Below, in pieces: positions 1 through 12,872 of a DNA stretch of 64,000 nucleotides; position 1 is the first letter of the stretch; every line of letters starts with the position of its first letter. Location: positions 69,440,001 through 69,504,000 of the forward strand of contig OX597821.1 in NCBI GenBank assembly GCA_951406725.2, written 5' to 3'. The translations under genes were made by a program, and so were the position numbers. Source of the stretch: Octopus vulgaris. Its lineage: Eukaryota. The notes beneath the pieces were generated by a model, which was not told the DNA's origin, did not search any database, and worked only from the letters and a program-made list of their open reading frames with translations.

Positions 1-150
1 ATACTAAGTCACGCACACACACGTTTATATTCAAATATGAACCAGAAGTAGCTTGCGGTATATAAACAAAATCGAGCACACACACATAAGGTAAGTGTGT
101 GTAATTAATTCGTGGGTCGGCTGCATTTTTTTTTAAGGCTTAAGAGATTA

Positions 151-534
151 CTAGCGGTATCGCCCGGCGTTGCTCAGGTTTGTAAGGGAAATAACTATAA
201 TGCATTTTTAGAGAGTTATAGCCAAAAAATAGCAAAAAAATGGAAAAAAATGATGGTAAATTTTTTTTTGAGATTTAAAAAGGTGGAGTTGTGTCCCCTA
301 GACAGTTTGTGGTTCGTGTTTCTGATTCTCGACCCCATGTCGAATTTATCGATTTTTTTCAGAACTGGGGGAACTTTTCAAAATTTTCGCTGCGTTAGTT
401 TTGAATTATGACATTGGGCTATGTGTGTGTCAAGTTTCATCAGAATCGGTTGAAAGCCGTGGTCAGGGTGAGGGTACAAGCAAACAGACACACAGAAACA
501 CGCACAGACAAACTGCCGTTTATATATAGAGAGA
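151..534 (-). mobile_element. Non-autonomous Helitron-like element
   Basis: On the minus strand it begins TC (534-533) and ends CTAG (154-151), preceded by a GC-rich subterminal hairpin (cctgagcaacgccggg). It lies between host A and T with no TSD, and a paralogous empty site is present at ~838-915. Confidence 0.8.
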
Positions 535-963
535 TATTCTCAATGCACCTGGTGTTAAAATCATCTGAGACTAAGTCCTATGCAAGCCAGACAACTCACT
601 CTAGGTCCCTTTTTGGAGTGACAGACATCGACATTTCGTCAATGTAGTGACCCTTGAATGCCGGGTACCGAACAAGGCCTACTGCTACTCATTTCACCGA
701 TTATGACCATATGCTAAATGGTTTGAAAACCAACGTTTCATGCCACGGAAAAAAAAATTCAAATATCAATTAGAAGCATCTCGAAGTAATATGAGCAAAA
801 TTGAACCAACATAATTAAGATGTGGGTATTGTTTGTTCGTTGGTCGGCTACGTTTTGCTTTTTAGCCGTAAGAGAATATAATCTCAACGCGCCTGGTGTT
901 AAAACACCTGAAAGTAAATCATGTGTGTGTGTGAGTGTGTGTATGTGTGATTAAAGGATAAAT

Positions 964-1348
964 TGGAAGTACTCCGTCGGTTACGACGATGAGGGTTCCG
1001 GTTGATCCGAATCAACGGAACAGCCTGCTCGTGAAATTGAAGTGTAAGTGGCTGAGCACTCCACAGACACGTGTACCCTTAACGTAGTTCTCGGGGATAT
1101 TCAGCGTGACACAGAGAGTGACAAGGCCGGCCCTTTGAAATACAGGTACAACAGAAACAGGAAGTAAGAGTGAGAGAAAGTTGTGGTGAAAGAGTACAGC
1201 AGGGATCACCACCATCCCCTGCCGGAGCCTCGTGGAGCTTTAGGTGTTTTCGCTCAATAAACACTCACAACGCCCGGTCTGGGAATCGAAACCGCGATCC
1301 TATGACCGCGAGTCCGCTGCCCTAACCACTGGGCCATTGCGCCTCCAC
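964..1348 (-). mobile_element. tRNA-derived SINE, full length (family A)
   Basis: tRNA-like head with A box (tggcccagtgg) and B box (ggtttcgattcc) on the minus strand; 12-bp TSD taaaggataaat at 952-963 and 1349-1360; near-identical copy at 30195-30580. Confidence 0.9.
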
Positions 1349-1985
1349 TAAAGGATAAATACCCTCTATTTGATATAACTAGGCAATAAATACATTTTCC
1401 TATGAAATGGGTGCATCGATAAATAATCAAAGTTATTGATCTTTTGCCCGAAAACTTGGCCCCTTTTCCGTATAGATTTTATTAATTCCAGTGATTGCAC
1501 TGCGGTATATATGTGTATGCGTGTGCATGTGCTTGTGTATGTGTGAATATGTGACTGGATGTGTATCTATGTATATGCGTGTGTGTTCCACAGAACTTGA
1601 CATCTGGTACTAGTTTGTTTACGTCACCGTAACTTAACGGTTCGACAAAAGAGTCCGCTACGATAAGTACCAAGCTTGAAATGTAAGTAATGGGCTAGAT
1701 TTGTTCGGGAAAATCCCTTAAGATCGTGCTCCAGCACGGCCGCACTTATATGACTGGAAAAAAAAAAAGAATATATTTAAAATGTTTGATCATTATTAGT
1801 TGAGAACTATTAGAGAGAGTGTCAAGCTATCAATCAAGACTTCCAGGTGAGGTGATGAGGTCAGTTGGTGACTTGCTGGTCTATATTTCGTTCACTAAAC
1901 TGCCAACTGTCATAGAGCTGCCTTAGAACACATTGCTAGCTAAATGAGTAACAATATCCTCCTCCTCTTCCTCCTCCTCCTCTTC

Positions 1986-2016
<31 letters not shown>

Positions 2017-2017
<1 letters not shown>

Positions 2018-2195
2018 TGTTAGCACGCTGGACGAAATGCTTACGTTCTGTGTTTAGACTGTGCCGAGGTCGACTTTGGCTTTCATCTTTTCGGGGGGTC
2101 AATAAATTAAATACCAGTGAAACACTGGGGTCGATGCAATTAACTTATCCCTCCCCCAAAACTGCTGCCCTTGTGGCAAAATTTGAAACCATTAT
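2017..2195 (+). mobile_element. Degenerate SINE (family B) fragment
   Basis: Shares the gaggtcgacttt..ctttcatc..ttcggggg..taccag central motif with 3573-3803. Confidence 0.65.
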
Positions 2196-2197
2196 CA

Positions 2198-2743
<546 letters not shown>

Positions 2744-3090
2744 TATGTTTTCAATAGCCTTGGATACGGGTGAAGACATAAGTAGTTGTTGTACAGGTTA
2801 CAAACAAACAGATCTTCCTCATAAATCCACATGGTCTCCTGTTGTCATGGTAGCAGGAAATTAAACTTCTGGACACTCATACACGGAAACACACACATAC
2901 ACACACACACACACACTTATGCACACACATGCATTCACACGCACTTATTTGAGTATGTGTATCTGATTTATGTGCGTGTATGTGTGTGCTGTCCCGCTCT
3001 GTTTTTGCGTTCATTCAAATTTATAGACCATATTTCGCTGTATAAGTATAAGACGAAGAAAAAATACCATACACACTTCGAGATTCACGT

Positions 3091-3127
<37 letters not shown>

Positions 3128-3572
3128 CGTATACAAACACATTTTCATAGCGTCACATTGTGTGTCGACAACAAACGCATATACGCATTTGTCTCCACGT
3201 CCATACAACACCACCACATGCATTCACATATGAAAATCTACATAATCATAAACTATACATCAAAATACATACGATCTCATCGACAACAATGAATGTTGAA
3301 CAGAAGCCTTTGAGGACTGCGCGTCTTACATCGATTACATGACTTAGGACTATAAGGTTAGTCGTTCCTTTACAGACCACTTAACATTCTTTTTCCGGTG
3401 TTGTGTATGTGAGATGTGTATGTCTGTACGTATGTGTACACATATTTGCCTATGTATGTATACTTATATCTACACTGATATGTTAGTATTTATTATTGTA
3501 ATATTTTTATATAAAACATAGGATGTCCTATATACATGTGTCTTTGTGTCCGGGTTTGCTCCCCACCATCAC

Positions 3573-3803
3573 CGGCAAGCTGGTAGAAACGTTAGCACGC
3601 CGGGCGAAATGCCTAGCGGTATTTCGTCTGCCGTTACGTTCTGAGTTCAAATTCCGCCGAGGTCGACTTTGCCTTTCATCCTTTCGGGGTCGATAAATTA
3701 AGTACCAGTTACGCACTGGGGTCGATGTAATCGACTTAATACCTATGTCTATCCTTGTTTGTCCTCTCTATGTTTAGCCCCTTGTGGGTAATAAAGAAAT
3801 AGG
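3573..3803 (+). mobile_element. tRNA-derived SINE family B (Meta/MESC-like central domain, Tx1-like tail)
   Basis: B box gagttcaaattcc, central ggtcgactttgcctttcatcctttcggggtcgataaa..gtaccag, tail ...gtgggtaataaagaaat; copies at 17996-18209 and 28651-28872. It interrupts a family C SINE. Confidence 0.85.
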
Positions 3804-3965
3804 TATTGGTGTGTTTACGTGCCCGTAACTTAGCGGCTCGGTAAACATGACCGATGGAATAAGTACTAGGCTTAAGAAATAAGTCCTGAGATCGATTTGT
3901 TCGACTAAAACCCTTCAAGGCGGTGTTCCAGCCAGGCCGCAGTCAAATGAGTGAAATAAGTAAAA

Positions 3966-4042
<77 letters not shown>

Positions 4043-4044
<2 letters not shown>

Positions 4045-4185
4045 TGGCTGTGTGGTAAGTAGCATGGTTCTTAATTCAGTCCCACTGCGTGGCATCTTGG
4101 GCAAGTATCTTCTACTACAGCCTCGATCCAACCAAAGCCTTGTGAGCGTATTTGGTAGACGGAAACTGAAAGAAGCCGGCCGTAT
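4043..4185 (+). mobile_element. SINE family C (CORE-like ccttgggcaag motif), 5' part
   Basis: Matches 16084-16220 and 50527-50625; runs into (TATG)n. Confidence 0.75.
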
Positions 4186-4242
4186 GTATGTATGTATGTA
4201 TGTATGTATGTATGTATGTATGTATGTATGTATGTATGTATG

Positions 4243-4273
<31 letters not shown>

Positions 4274-4543
4274 GTATTTATGTATGTATGTATGTATGTA
4301 TGTATATATGTATATATATATATATATATTCTGTATAATATGTGTGTGTGTAAAAATGTTGTATTATTTATATATATAAGCAAATATGCATATATGCGTA
4401 TACAAACACACACACACACATATATATATATACATATACATACATACATACATACATAGATGCATACATACATACATACATACATACATACATACATAAA
4501 TACATATATGAATATATGCGTATACAAACATACACACACACAA

Positions 4544-4643
<100 letters not shown>

Positions 4644-4644
4644 G

Positions 4645-4820
4645 AGCACTCCGTCGGTTACGACGACGAAGGTCCCAGCTGATACGATCAACGGAACAGC
4701 TTGCTCGTGAAATTAACGTGCAAGTGGCTGAGCACTCCACAGACACGTGTACCCTTAACGTAGATTTCAGTGAGTTTCAGCGTGATACAAAGTATGACAA
4801 GGCTGGCCCTTTGAAATACA
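4645..4820 (-). mobile_element. SINE tail fragment (tail shared by families A and A')
   Basis: Matches 971-1145 and 47868-48040. Confidence 0.8.
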
Positions 4821-4889
4821 GATCAAATTTTTGCTTTTGCAGTTCATATCTGCATTTGCGAAAATTGTCCTTTTTTTTTGTTCTAATGG

Positions 4890-5520
4890 GTCTACCCGTA
4901 TGCAAAAGCAGAAATTTGATCTACTGCATTAAATGCTCAAATTGCGAGGAATTATATATAGGCGAGACAGGGAATGCGTTATCTGAACGCTCACGAGTCC
5001 ACAGACAACAAATCCGGAACACCAATTTTCGCCAAATTTCGTTGAGCAAACATATAGAGACATTTGGTCAGAAAGTGTTTCAAATTTTTCCTTTCCACAA
5101 ACTACATGAGACACGTGAGGTTGGAAGAAAGATAAAAGAAAATTGGTTTATAAAAATATCCAAGGCTGTTCTGAACGGAAATACTAGCAATAATATAACA
5201 ACCAGTTAATGACGTGGATTAATAGATATAAACAAGTTACAGGACGTCGGTACGCCTGGCAAATCATGTTTTTTTAAGAGCATGCGGATTGGTCAAAAAG
5301 GTTTTCTAAAAATTCAGCAGGCTGGAGCGTTCCCAGAAGTATTAAAGTTGTCAAGAACCCAACTGTCAAGTTAAAAACATTTGAAATCTGATGAGTACAC
5401 TATGTATGAAAGCGCTAATTAAATTCTATGAGCATTACAGCATAAGTTTTTTTTTAATGTTAAATACCATAATGCAAAACGTGAAAACCAGACCATGTTT
5501 TAACTTTATTCAACTGATAT
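4890..5520 (+). mobile_element. Penelope-like element 3' remnant: GIY-YIG endonuclease plus pLTR
   Basis: ORF segment CKSRNLIYCIKCSNCEELYIGETG..R..HRQQI..H..KENWFI..LN matches a PLE GIY-YIG domain; a hammerhead-like motif follows downstream. Confidence 0.85.
5379..5424 (+). ncRNA. Minimal type I hammerhead ribozyme (putative)
   Basis: CTGATGA 5388-5394, stem II gtaca/tgtat, GAAA 5408-5411, palindromic stem III gcgc, TA, short stem I aat/att. Confidence 0.7.
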
Positions 5521-5560
5521 GTGTGTGTGTGTGTGAGTGTGTGTGTGTGTGTGTGTGTGT

Positions 5561-5926
5561 ATAAGAAACAAGTTAAAAATAATGTTAACATATTTTTCCT
5601 TTATTGAAGCAAATTTGTCTTACAGCTGTTTCCAGTAATCCTTATTGGTACATAACAAAAAAGTTTACTCTATTGGTCTATGGATCAATTGGGGTAAGTT
5701 GAACGGTCTAAGAAAATTAATGTTCCTTTTGTCAGTAGCTATTAATGCTACTTTAGAAAGTAACGTCAATTTTCTTGAGTCGTTCAACTTTCCTTCATTA
5801 ATCAATTGACCAATAAAGTAACCTTATCTGTAATGTACCAATAATCATCACTGGAAACAGGTGTAAGCCAAATTTGCTCCAATAAAATAAAAATATGTTA
5901 ACATTATTTTAAAATTCTTTCTCGTA
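5561..5926. mobile_element. Fold-back/MITE-like imperfect palindrome (~365 bp)
   Basis: Arms such as aaaataatgttaacatatttt / aaaatatgttaacattatttt and caaatttg.cttaca.ctgtttccagt / actggaaacag.tgtaag.caaatttg; centre gtagc..gctac; flanked by TG/TA repeats. Confidence 0.8.
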
Positions 5927-6044
5927 TGTATATATATATATATATATCAGTCGAATAAAGTTAAAACATGGTCCGGTTGTTTCATATATATCACTCTGGG
6001 TAAAAAAAAACCAGTTTGTCTGAGCCCATCCACAGATTTACAAT

Positions 6045-6400
6045 ATACCCGATTTTTCAACATCTCCTCGTATCACAGCTTTACGATGTTCCTCTAACTT
6101 TATTATGAATGGGCGGCATGTTTCACTTTTTTTATAAAATATAACAACTGCATGGGATGGAGTACACGCAGTCTTTTGTCATATTCTCTTCTAATGGTGG
6201 TTCTACTAGAAGGAGATATTTGCGAAGTGTTGAATTACTCTTGAATACTGTCCTGATGTCATATGGACTGCATATCTTCTGTATCTTTTCCGAGAGGCCT
6301 TTCACATAGGGTAGACAGACTGTGGTCAATTATGGGTTTCATCCACTCTCCTTTCCTAATTGGTGTGGATAGTATGTTTTTTTTTTGGTTGTTGTTGCTT
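6045..6400 (-). mobile_element. Penelope-like element fragment (RT thumb linker and start of GIY-YIG)
   Basis: LPYVKGLSEKIQKI..IRTVFKS..VYSIPCSC, followed by a GETCRP..EHRKA-like segment. Confidence 0.8.
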
Positions 6401-6430
6401 AATAGATTGTTAGCGTACCTAAAGTCCATC

Positions 6431-7920
6431 CCTCCTCACCGTGGCAGGGACGCTGGCAACGAGTAGTGTCAGAGCTATGCCATCGGGAACTTCGGTTCCT
6501 GGTAGGGCCACCCAAGGCGGATTGGTCTGACACCGAGTGGTATTAGAACCACAACCCGGCTGAAAATCCTCGGAGTATCTGTTTTGGCAACCGGCGGCTC
6601 CTCGCTCGTTCTCTCCCTGCGTCTGCGGACAATCTGCGGCAAACAGGATGTTTCTACATGCGGGATTGTTGGGGACCGCTTGTGAACTCCATATTCCCAC
6701 GAAACTTCTCTATGAATTCTCAATGGCACTACTAAATACAATAGCGAATTCTCACTCGACTGCTGCTGCTGCTACTGCTGCTTCTAGTACTACACAAATC
6801 TACCCAAACCCTGCTATTGCTCTTCCGCTATTTCGGCGTAGAAAGGACCTGAGAGTAGCGTGCTGGAACGTCAGAACACTTTGTGACGACGGTGTCCAGG
6901 CACTTACGATGAAGGCTCTGCACAGGTACCGCGTGTCCGTTGCTTGTCTTTCAGAAGTGCGGCTTGCGGACGTCGGCCATCTTCCGATCAAAGTCCCCGG
7001 CGAAGAATTCACCTACCATCTGTATCACAGTGGTGTGACTGATAACAGTGGCCTCCACGGGGTGGCTACAGCGCTCAGCCCTGACGCGCAAGCGGCTTTG
7101 CTAGCGTGGCAGCCAATCTCGCATCGACTCGCACTGGTTCGATTGAAGGGTCAAATCTCCAACGTCAGCGTCATCGCTGTGTATGCTCCCACTCTCAATG
7201 CAGACGATGCGGACAAGATGCAGTTCTACGCAGATCTTCAGGCGGCGGTGGATGATGTTCCTTCCAGTGATGTTCCCATTGTTGCTGGGGACTGGAACGC
7301 TCGGACCGGACCTGCTGACGATACAACACGGCACATTCTGGGACGCTTTGCCCTAGGTGCTCGCTGTGACAATGGTGAACGGCTCATGTCTTTTAAGGAG
7401 GCTAATCGTCTTATCGTCACCAACATTCGCTTTCAGCATCCACGACATCATCTCATCACGTGGCGTTCCAATGATGGGAGAACAGCCAATCAGATCGATT
7501 ACATCCTGGTCAGGTCGCGGTGGGCCAGCTCGGTGATGGACTCTCGGGCGTTCCGGGGGGGCTGACACGGCCTTATCGATGTCGCTGCCAAATCTTTCGC
7601 AATTCTTCTGCTGATGAGGTTCCAGACCGTCCGTGATGTCCGTATCCGCCCTTCTCAGGGTGGTTTCCGTCCGGGAAGAGGGTGTGTCGATCAAATCTTC
7701 AACCTCCGGCGTGTTCTGGAACAACGGTGGGCGTACCAGCAGTACTTCTCTATGGCTGGGAAACGTGGCCTATGCAGGTGGTCGATCAACGAAGGCTGGA
7801 AGTCTTCGACAATGACTGCCTCCGGTGCATTCTTCGCTGCCGTCGGGTGGATCGCGTTCCCACCGCCAATCTTTGACTTCACCTGTCTCTACAGTCCCTT
7901 CCATCTGTCCTTCTGCAACT
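6431..7920 (+). mobile_element. RTE-clade LINE, internally deleted
   Basis: RTE-like 5' UTR; APE ORF 6648-7565 (WNVRTL, SEVR, VYAPT, GDWNA, IDYIL); RT pieces QGGFRPGRGCVDQIF joined directly to VLLYGWETW. Confidence 0.9.
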
Positions 7921-7921
7921 A

Positions 7922-9085
7922 GAGTGTCAAATACTGAATTTGAGTAAGATCTGGGGTGAGAGGTCTTCACGGATGTATACAGCAACTCCACCATGGCTAC
8001 TTTCCCTTCTGTCTGTTTGCAGCATGGTATATTTTGGTACGTGTTCTGGACTCATATGAGTTTCCACAAGTGCTATGCATAGAGCTTGACTGCATGTAGC
8101 ATGTTCTCTCAGGAAAGGATTTTGCTTTTGTTGTTGTGATGCAACAGACCCCAAATATTTAGTAAAAATATTGGCGCGACGATTGTGCAGGTGTTAGGGG
8201 AGGCCATCCCGAGTATGTTGATTTTGCTTGTCTTGCGCAGTGGGAAGGGGCAAGATTCCTTGTTTGCACTTAATGTAGCCAGGTCAGCTGCTGCACAATC
8301 TTTTGCACCATGCACAAAAAGGCGATTGGTGCCTTTCCTCGGGGAAGTATTTCTCCTTAAGGACCCTGTAGTTTTGGAGGGTCTCAGGTGAACAAACCGG
8401 CAGTTTGTATCGTCTTTCCCATGCCAACATTTGCCTTGCAGGTAAAATTTTCAGGTCCTTGACTTCACTCCAAACTTCTCCTCCTCTTACGTTTCAGATT
8501 CCATTGGAGCCTCTATATTTGAGTTTTCTGTTTTTTATTTGGTGGTTCGGGGTTTCGGTTTTGGTTATTTCATTTTTTTCGTTTTCCTTTTTCTCCCCTC
8601 CCTTCATTATGTTTGTGCTCGTGTTCTTTCCTTCCCTTTCTTGTGGTAGCATTTGCATTTCTCTGAATGTCCAATGGGGTGATGGCTCCATTCTTTTGAG
8701 GGACCGCTGGCAAAGAGGGGCTTTTGGTTGTTGCTTCTTCATCTTCCCTATCCTTATCAGCCTGGTTGTTCACAGGGGTGGGGGATCCATTCTTTTGAAG
8801 AACCACTGGATCAAAGAGACGTCTGGTTTTTTGTTTCGTTTTCCATATCCTTATCAGCCTTGCCACAGTAGTTTTCCATGATGACATCAAGAGTGTCAAT
8901 ATGTGGTCTAATAAAGGCATAGGATCGGATGAATTCATTTTTCTTCCATTGTATCTGGTCAATGGTTCTACAGAAGCCATTGTTCTTCAGTGCAGCAGTG
9001 ATGGTGCTGTTTGGCGGATCGCCACAAGCAATCATCCATGCTTGCAACAGACAATTCAATTCTTTGCTCTCCCGCTTTGGTGACA
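7922..9085 (-). mobile_element. CR1/L2-like LINE 5' remnant (ORF1 debris and APE start)
   Basis: IALVETH..DR..HGGVAVYIREDL is an APE N-terminus; upstream fragmented ORF1-like sequence. Confidence 0.65.
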
Positions 9086-9104
9086 TCTTCGTTTTCTAAG
9101 CCCA

Positions 9105-9515
9105 GACAGAGAGGAAAGGATAGAGAGGAAGTGAGACAGAGGGAGGTAGAGAGGAAGAAAGACAGAAGGGGGCAGATAAGGAAAGTGAGAGGGATATATG
9201 AAAGAAAGAGAGAGGGTGATATGAAGAAAGAGAAAGAGGGTATGGGGTGAGAGCGAGACAGAGGGAGGGAGAGGAGCGGAGGAGAAAGTGAGTCGGATTG
9301 AGGGAGAGAGATAGGAGAAAATGAAGGATGTGAGGGAAAGGGAGAGACGGAGTGAGAAGAGGGGGAAATGAGATGTATATGAGGGAGAGGGTGAGATGAC
9401 AGGGGTAGAGGTAGATGTAGAGAGAGACAAAGGGAGGGAGAGGGAGGTGGGAAAAGGAGGAAGATATGAAAGGAAGGGAGAGACAGAATGAGGGAGAGAG
9501 ATGAGAAAAAGAGGA
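9105..9515. repeat. Polypurine (GA-rich) low-complexity tract
   Basis: ~400 bp that is almost entirely G/A on the plus strand. Confidence 0.9.
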
Positions 9516-9610
9516 AGATATGTATATATATGTACATATATATATATACATATCTTCCTCTTTTTCTCATATATATACACTCACATATATATACATATAG
9601 ATACACACAC

Positions 9611-9646
<36 letters not shown>

Positions 9647-9652
<6 letters not shown>

Positions 9653-9799
9653 GGAGTTAAACGCAGGTGTTATTCAAATTCTTTTACTTCCGACACATGT
9701 TTCGAAGACAACATTGGTATTATTCCAAAAGAATGAAATGGTATAAAACAATGTAATCTTCTTAGGAAAAGAATAACACCTGCGTTTAACTCCATTTAT
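9647..9799. repeat. 29-bp perfect inverted repeat enclosing a degenerate hammerhead-like fold
   Basis: ataaatggagttaaacgcaggtgttattc at 9647-9675 with its reverse complement at 9771-9799; minus-strand GAAACATGTGTC preceded by a long stem II. Confidence 0.8.
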
Positions 9800-9984
9800 T
9801 TATTTATATATATATCTTATGCATAATATTTCACATGAACCCGGAGTTTATACCTTTACAAACAGGGTGTTGCGTCCTCATCACTTGTATGATTTTTGCT
9901 GCCTTAGTAACTGTTGATCTATTTTTTCCATATTAATTGTAAACAAGGAAAAGTACACACATCCATTTATATATATGTATATGC

Positions 9985-10390
9985 TCTCTGGACGAGATTT
10001 CAAACAATCATTGTCTAATAATGTTCGAATATTCCAATATCCTATATTCATAGGTTTGCATCTTAACTTGATATTACTAACAGTTGCAGGATGACGACCA
10101 GATCCATGCTGTGGTACCCTGGGACACCTGCCGGGCCAGACCACAGAACAAAATGTTCCAGAGCCCTTTTTGCCATTTATTTCATTATCAATATGAACTG
10201 TCATTGTTTAGATTTGCCTTTTTGAAGCTTCGGCCGGCCATGTACATACAAAATGTCCATTTCTTTTACCTCTCCAGCAATACCTATGCTTGATACTTTT
10301 TAAAGTGAGGAAAAGTTCTGCACAGCAACCATTCCCACTCTCTAAACTACAAAGCATGATCCGAAAAGAAGAGCGGAGGAACTACAACGT
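9985..10390 (-). mobile_element. RTE LINE 5' fragment
   Basis: MNIGYWNIRTLLD..RPE is the start of an RTE APE domain. Confidence 0.7.
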
Positions 10391-10600
10391 AGTGAACGGC
10401 CGTTCAAGTTCGTGTGTTTGTGTGTGTGTATTGTAGATACTGTATTTCTGAATGTGTGTGTACATATTATATATTGTGTGTTTAAATTGTATATATTGTA
10501 TGTCAGTCGTATTTTTAATTTTACTCAGTTTTTTTCTCAGTTTTTAATTTGTATTAATTTCTCTTATTTGAATATATATATTACTTGAATATATATATTA

Positions 10601-10860
10601 CTTGTTTCAGTCTTTTAACTTCGGCCATGCTGGTGTATGGCCTTAAACGGTTTTAGTCGAAGAAATCGACCCCATGGTTTATTCTTTGTAAGCCTAATGC
10701 TTATTCTATCGAACTGTGTTGCCGAACCGCCAGATTACGGGGGAAAAACACACCACCATCTGTTGTCAAGCAATTGTGGGAGGGGGATGAGGACAAACAC
10801 AGACACACACACATAAATACACACACATACACATAAAAACACATGCACACACGCACGCAC
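10601..10860 (-). mobile_element. SINE family C, 3' half (split by the mariner)
   Basis: Reverse complement of the ..cttagcggttcggc..ccagcatggccg..ctgaaacaag tail; the 5' half is at 12155-12307. Confidence 0.75.
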
Positions 10861-10867
10861 ACATATA

Positions 10868-12149
10868 TCAGGTCATCCCATAGGTTCTGTCCGAACTTTG
10901 AATAAGGAAAATAAGTGATCAAATGTTATATTTAATTGAAATTTAATCATCAATATACTTTCCCTGATTATCTGTGACTTCTTTCCATCTATTTACAAGC
11001 TTTTTAATCCCATCAATGTAAAACTATTTTGGTTTCAAAGCGAAGAACTCTGAAATGTCAGTTTCGACCTCCTCCTGGCTTGCTAAAGTTATGTTTCCCA
11101 AATGATTCTACGAAACAAATAGTAGTCTGAAGGAGCAAGGTCGAGAGAATAAGGTTGATAAGGAATTTTTTCCCAACCAAGCTCTTCGATCTTCTGTGAT
11201 GTGATCTTTACAGTGTGGAGTCGCGCATTGTCCGTATGAAACATTACTCGTTTTCGATTCACTAAAGCAGGTCTTTTTTTTCTTCAAAGCTTGGTTCAAA
11301 CGCTCTAATTACTGACAGTAGACTTGAGTATTGATTGTTGCATTAGGTGGTAACAATTAAAAGTGAATTACTCCTTTGCAATCCCACCAGATAGAGAGAA
11401 GAACCTTTTTTCCATAAAGTTCCCTTCTCGGTTGTGGTTGAGCTTTTTTCCTTTTACCAAGCCACTGTTAACGACGTTTAACATTTCGATAGAAGATCCA
11501 TTTTTCGTCACCAGTCACAAGTCTATCCAAAAAGGTTGAAATGAGTTCGCAAGAATAGAGAGAAGAGCAGATGTCAACTCGGGATTTGCGGTTGCTTTCG
11601 GACAATTCATGAGGCACCCATTTTCCAAGTTTAGGAACCTTTCCAAGTTGTTGAAGATGACAATGTATAGTTGTATGGTTTGAACTAAGCTTTATTGCCA
11701 ATTCTTCAACTGATAATGCAGAATTTTCTTCAAGTAATGCCTCAAGGAGCTTATCATGAAACTCAACTGGACGTCCTGTTCGATCTTCATCTTCAAGGCT
11801 GAAATCTCCACATCTGAATTTTGCAAACCATCTTCTGCAAGTTCTTTCATTCAAGCATTCTTTCCAACAAACTGAGTGTATGTTTCCAGTCGCTTCGGCT
11901 GCAGAGTTTCCTCTTTTTGTGCTCATAAAACATTATGTGCCTTAAATGCTCTTTGGATACTTCCATGTTAGAAAGGGTTTTAATCAAAGAAATTTTAATT
12001 CTATTACTCTGTAAAATAATATTTAGTTTAAATGTACACAAATGCATAAAAATAATTTTTAATTCCATTATACATTCTAAAATACTATTAAATTTCATTC
12101 AATTTAAAAAAAAAAGATAAAATCGGACAGAACTTATGGGATGACCTGA
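10868..12149 (-). mobile_element. Full-length mariner (Tc1/mariner) transposon with pseudogenised transposase
   Basis: TIR tcaggtcatcccata.gttctgtccga at both ends; TA TSD at 10866-67 and 12150-51; 1282 bp; HTH region, WVPHEL and TGDEKW motifs; frameshifts and stops. Confidence 0.95.
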
Positions 12150-12154
12150 TACAA

Positions 12155-12307
12155 CAGTCTTCTTTCAGTTTTCGTCCACCAAATCCACTCACAAGGCTTT
12201 GGTCGACCCGACGATGTAGCAGAAGAAACTTGCCCAAGGTATCACACAGTGGGAATGAAACCGGAACAAAGTGATTTGGAAGCAAGCTGTTACCACACAG
12301 CCACGCC
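12155..12307 (-). mobile_element. SINE family C, 5' half
   Basis: Reverse complement of ccttgggcaag..ccaaagccttgtgagtggatttgg..gaaactgaaagaag. Confidence 0.8.
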
Positions 12308-12429
12308 TACAAAGTTAAAAAACAGAAAATGAATAAGGAATCAGAAATAAGTAAATGTAAAAGAGTTATCCCCCTTAGACCTTAGATTATAAGGTTGGAA
12401 AAATAGTGACTACTTAATCTGGTATAGAC

Positions 12430-12770
12430 GGAATTTTCCATTTCTTCAAAAGGAACTTCGGCATATGTTTACAACTGTTGGAAATTTCAGACCTAAAGTT
12501 CAGTAATGAGTTAGAGATCTTAGATTTGAAAAGGATATTTCAACTATAACATAAGGTTTGGGTTTTCCGATTATTTTCCAATGTGGTGTTGCTTTAGATT
12601 TCAAGCTCCATACATGGCTAGTCAACTTAGTAGCTTTGCTTTTGTCCTTATATCGAAGTTCTTTTTGAAGGATTGGAAAATTTCGCTTATACACGATTAT
12701 TTGGACACTATTTTTCCAACCATTTAATTTAAGGTCTAGGGAAGATTCCTCTTTTACCTTTTCACTTATT
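12430..12770 (-). mobile_element. Penelope-like (Naiad-type) GIY-YIG C-terminal fragment
   Basis: ATKLTSHVWSLK..WKII..PY and LNFRSEI..CKH motifs. Confidence 0.65.
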
Positions 12771-12805
12771 TCTGACACATGTATTGTGTCTATTGTGTCT
12801 ATTAC

Positions 12806-12872
<67 letters not shown>

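Noticed and set aside
1270-1348. tRNA genes here and at 26769, 30195 and 48110
   Set aside because: These are tRNA-like heads continuous with SINE bodies bounded by TSDs; they lack a clean cloverleaf end and terminator.
4718-5209. 163-aa ORF as a host gene
   Set aside because: The N-terminus is antisense SINE tail and the C-terminus is a PLE GIY-YIG remnant.
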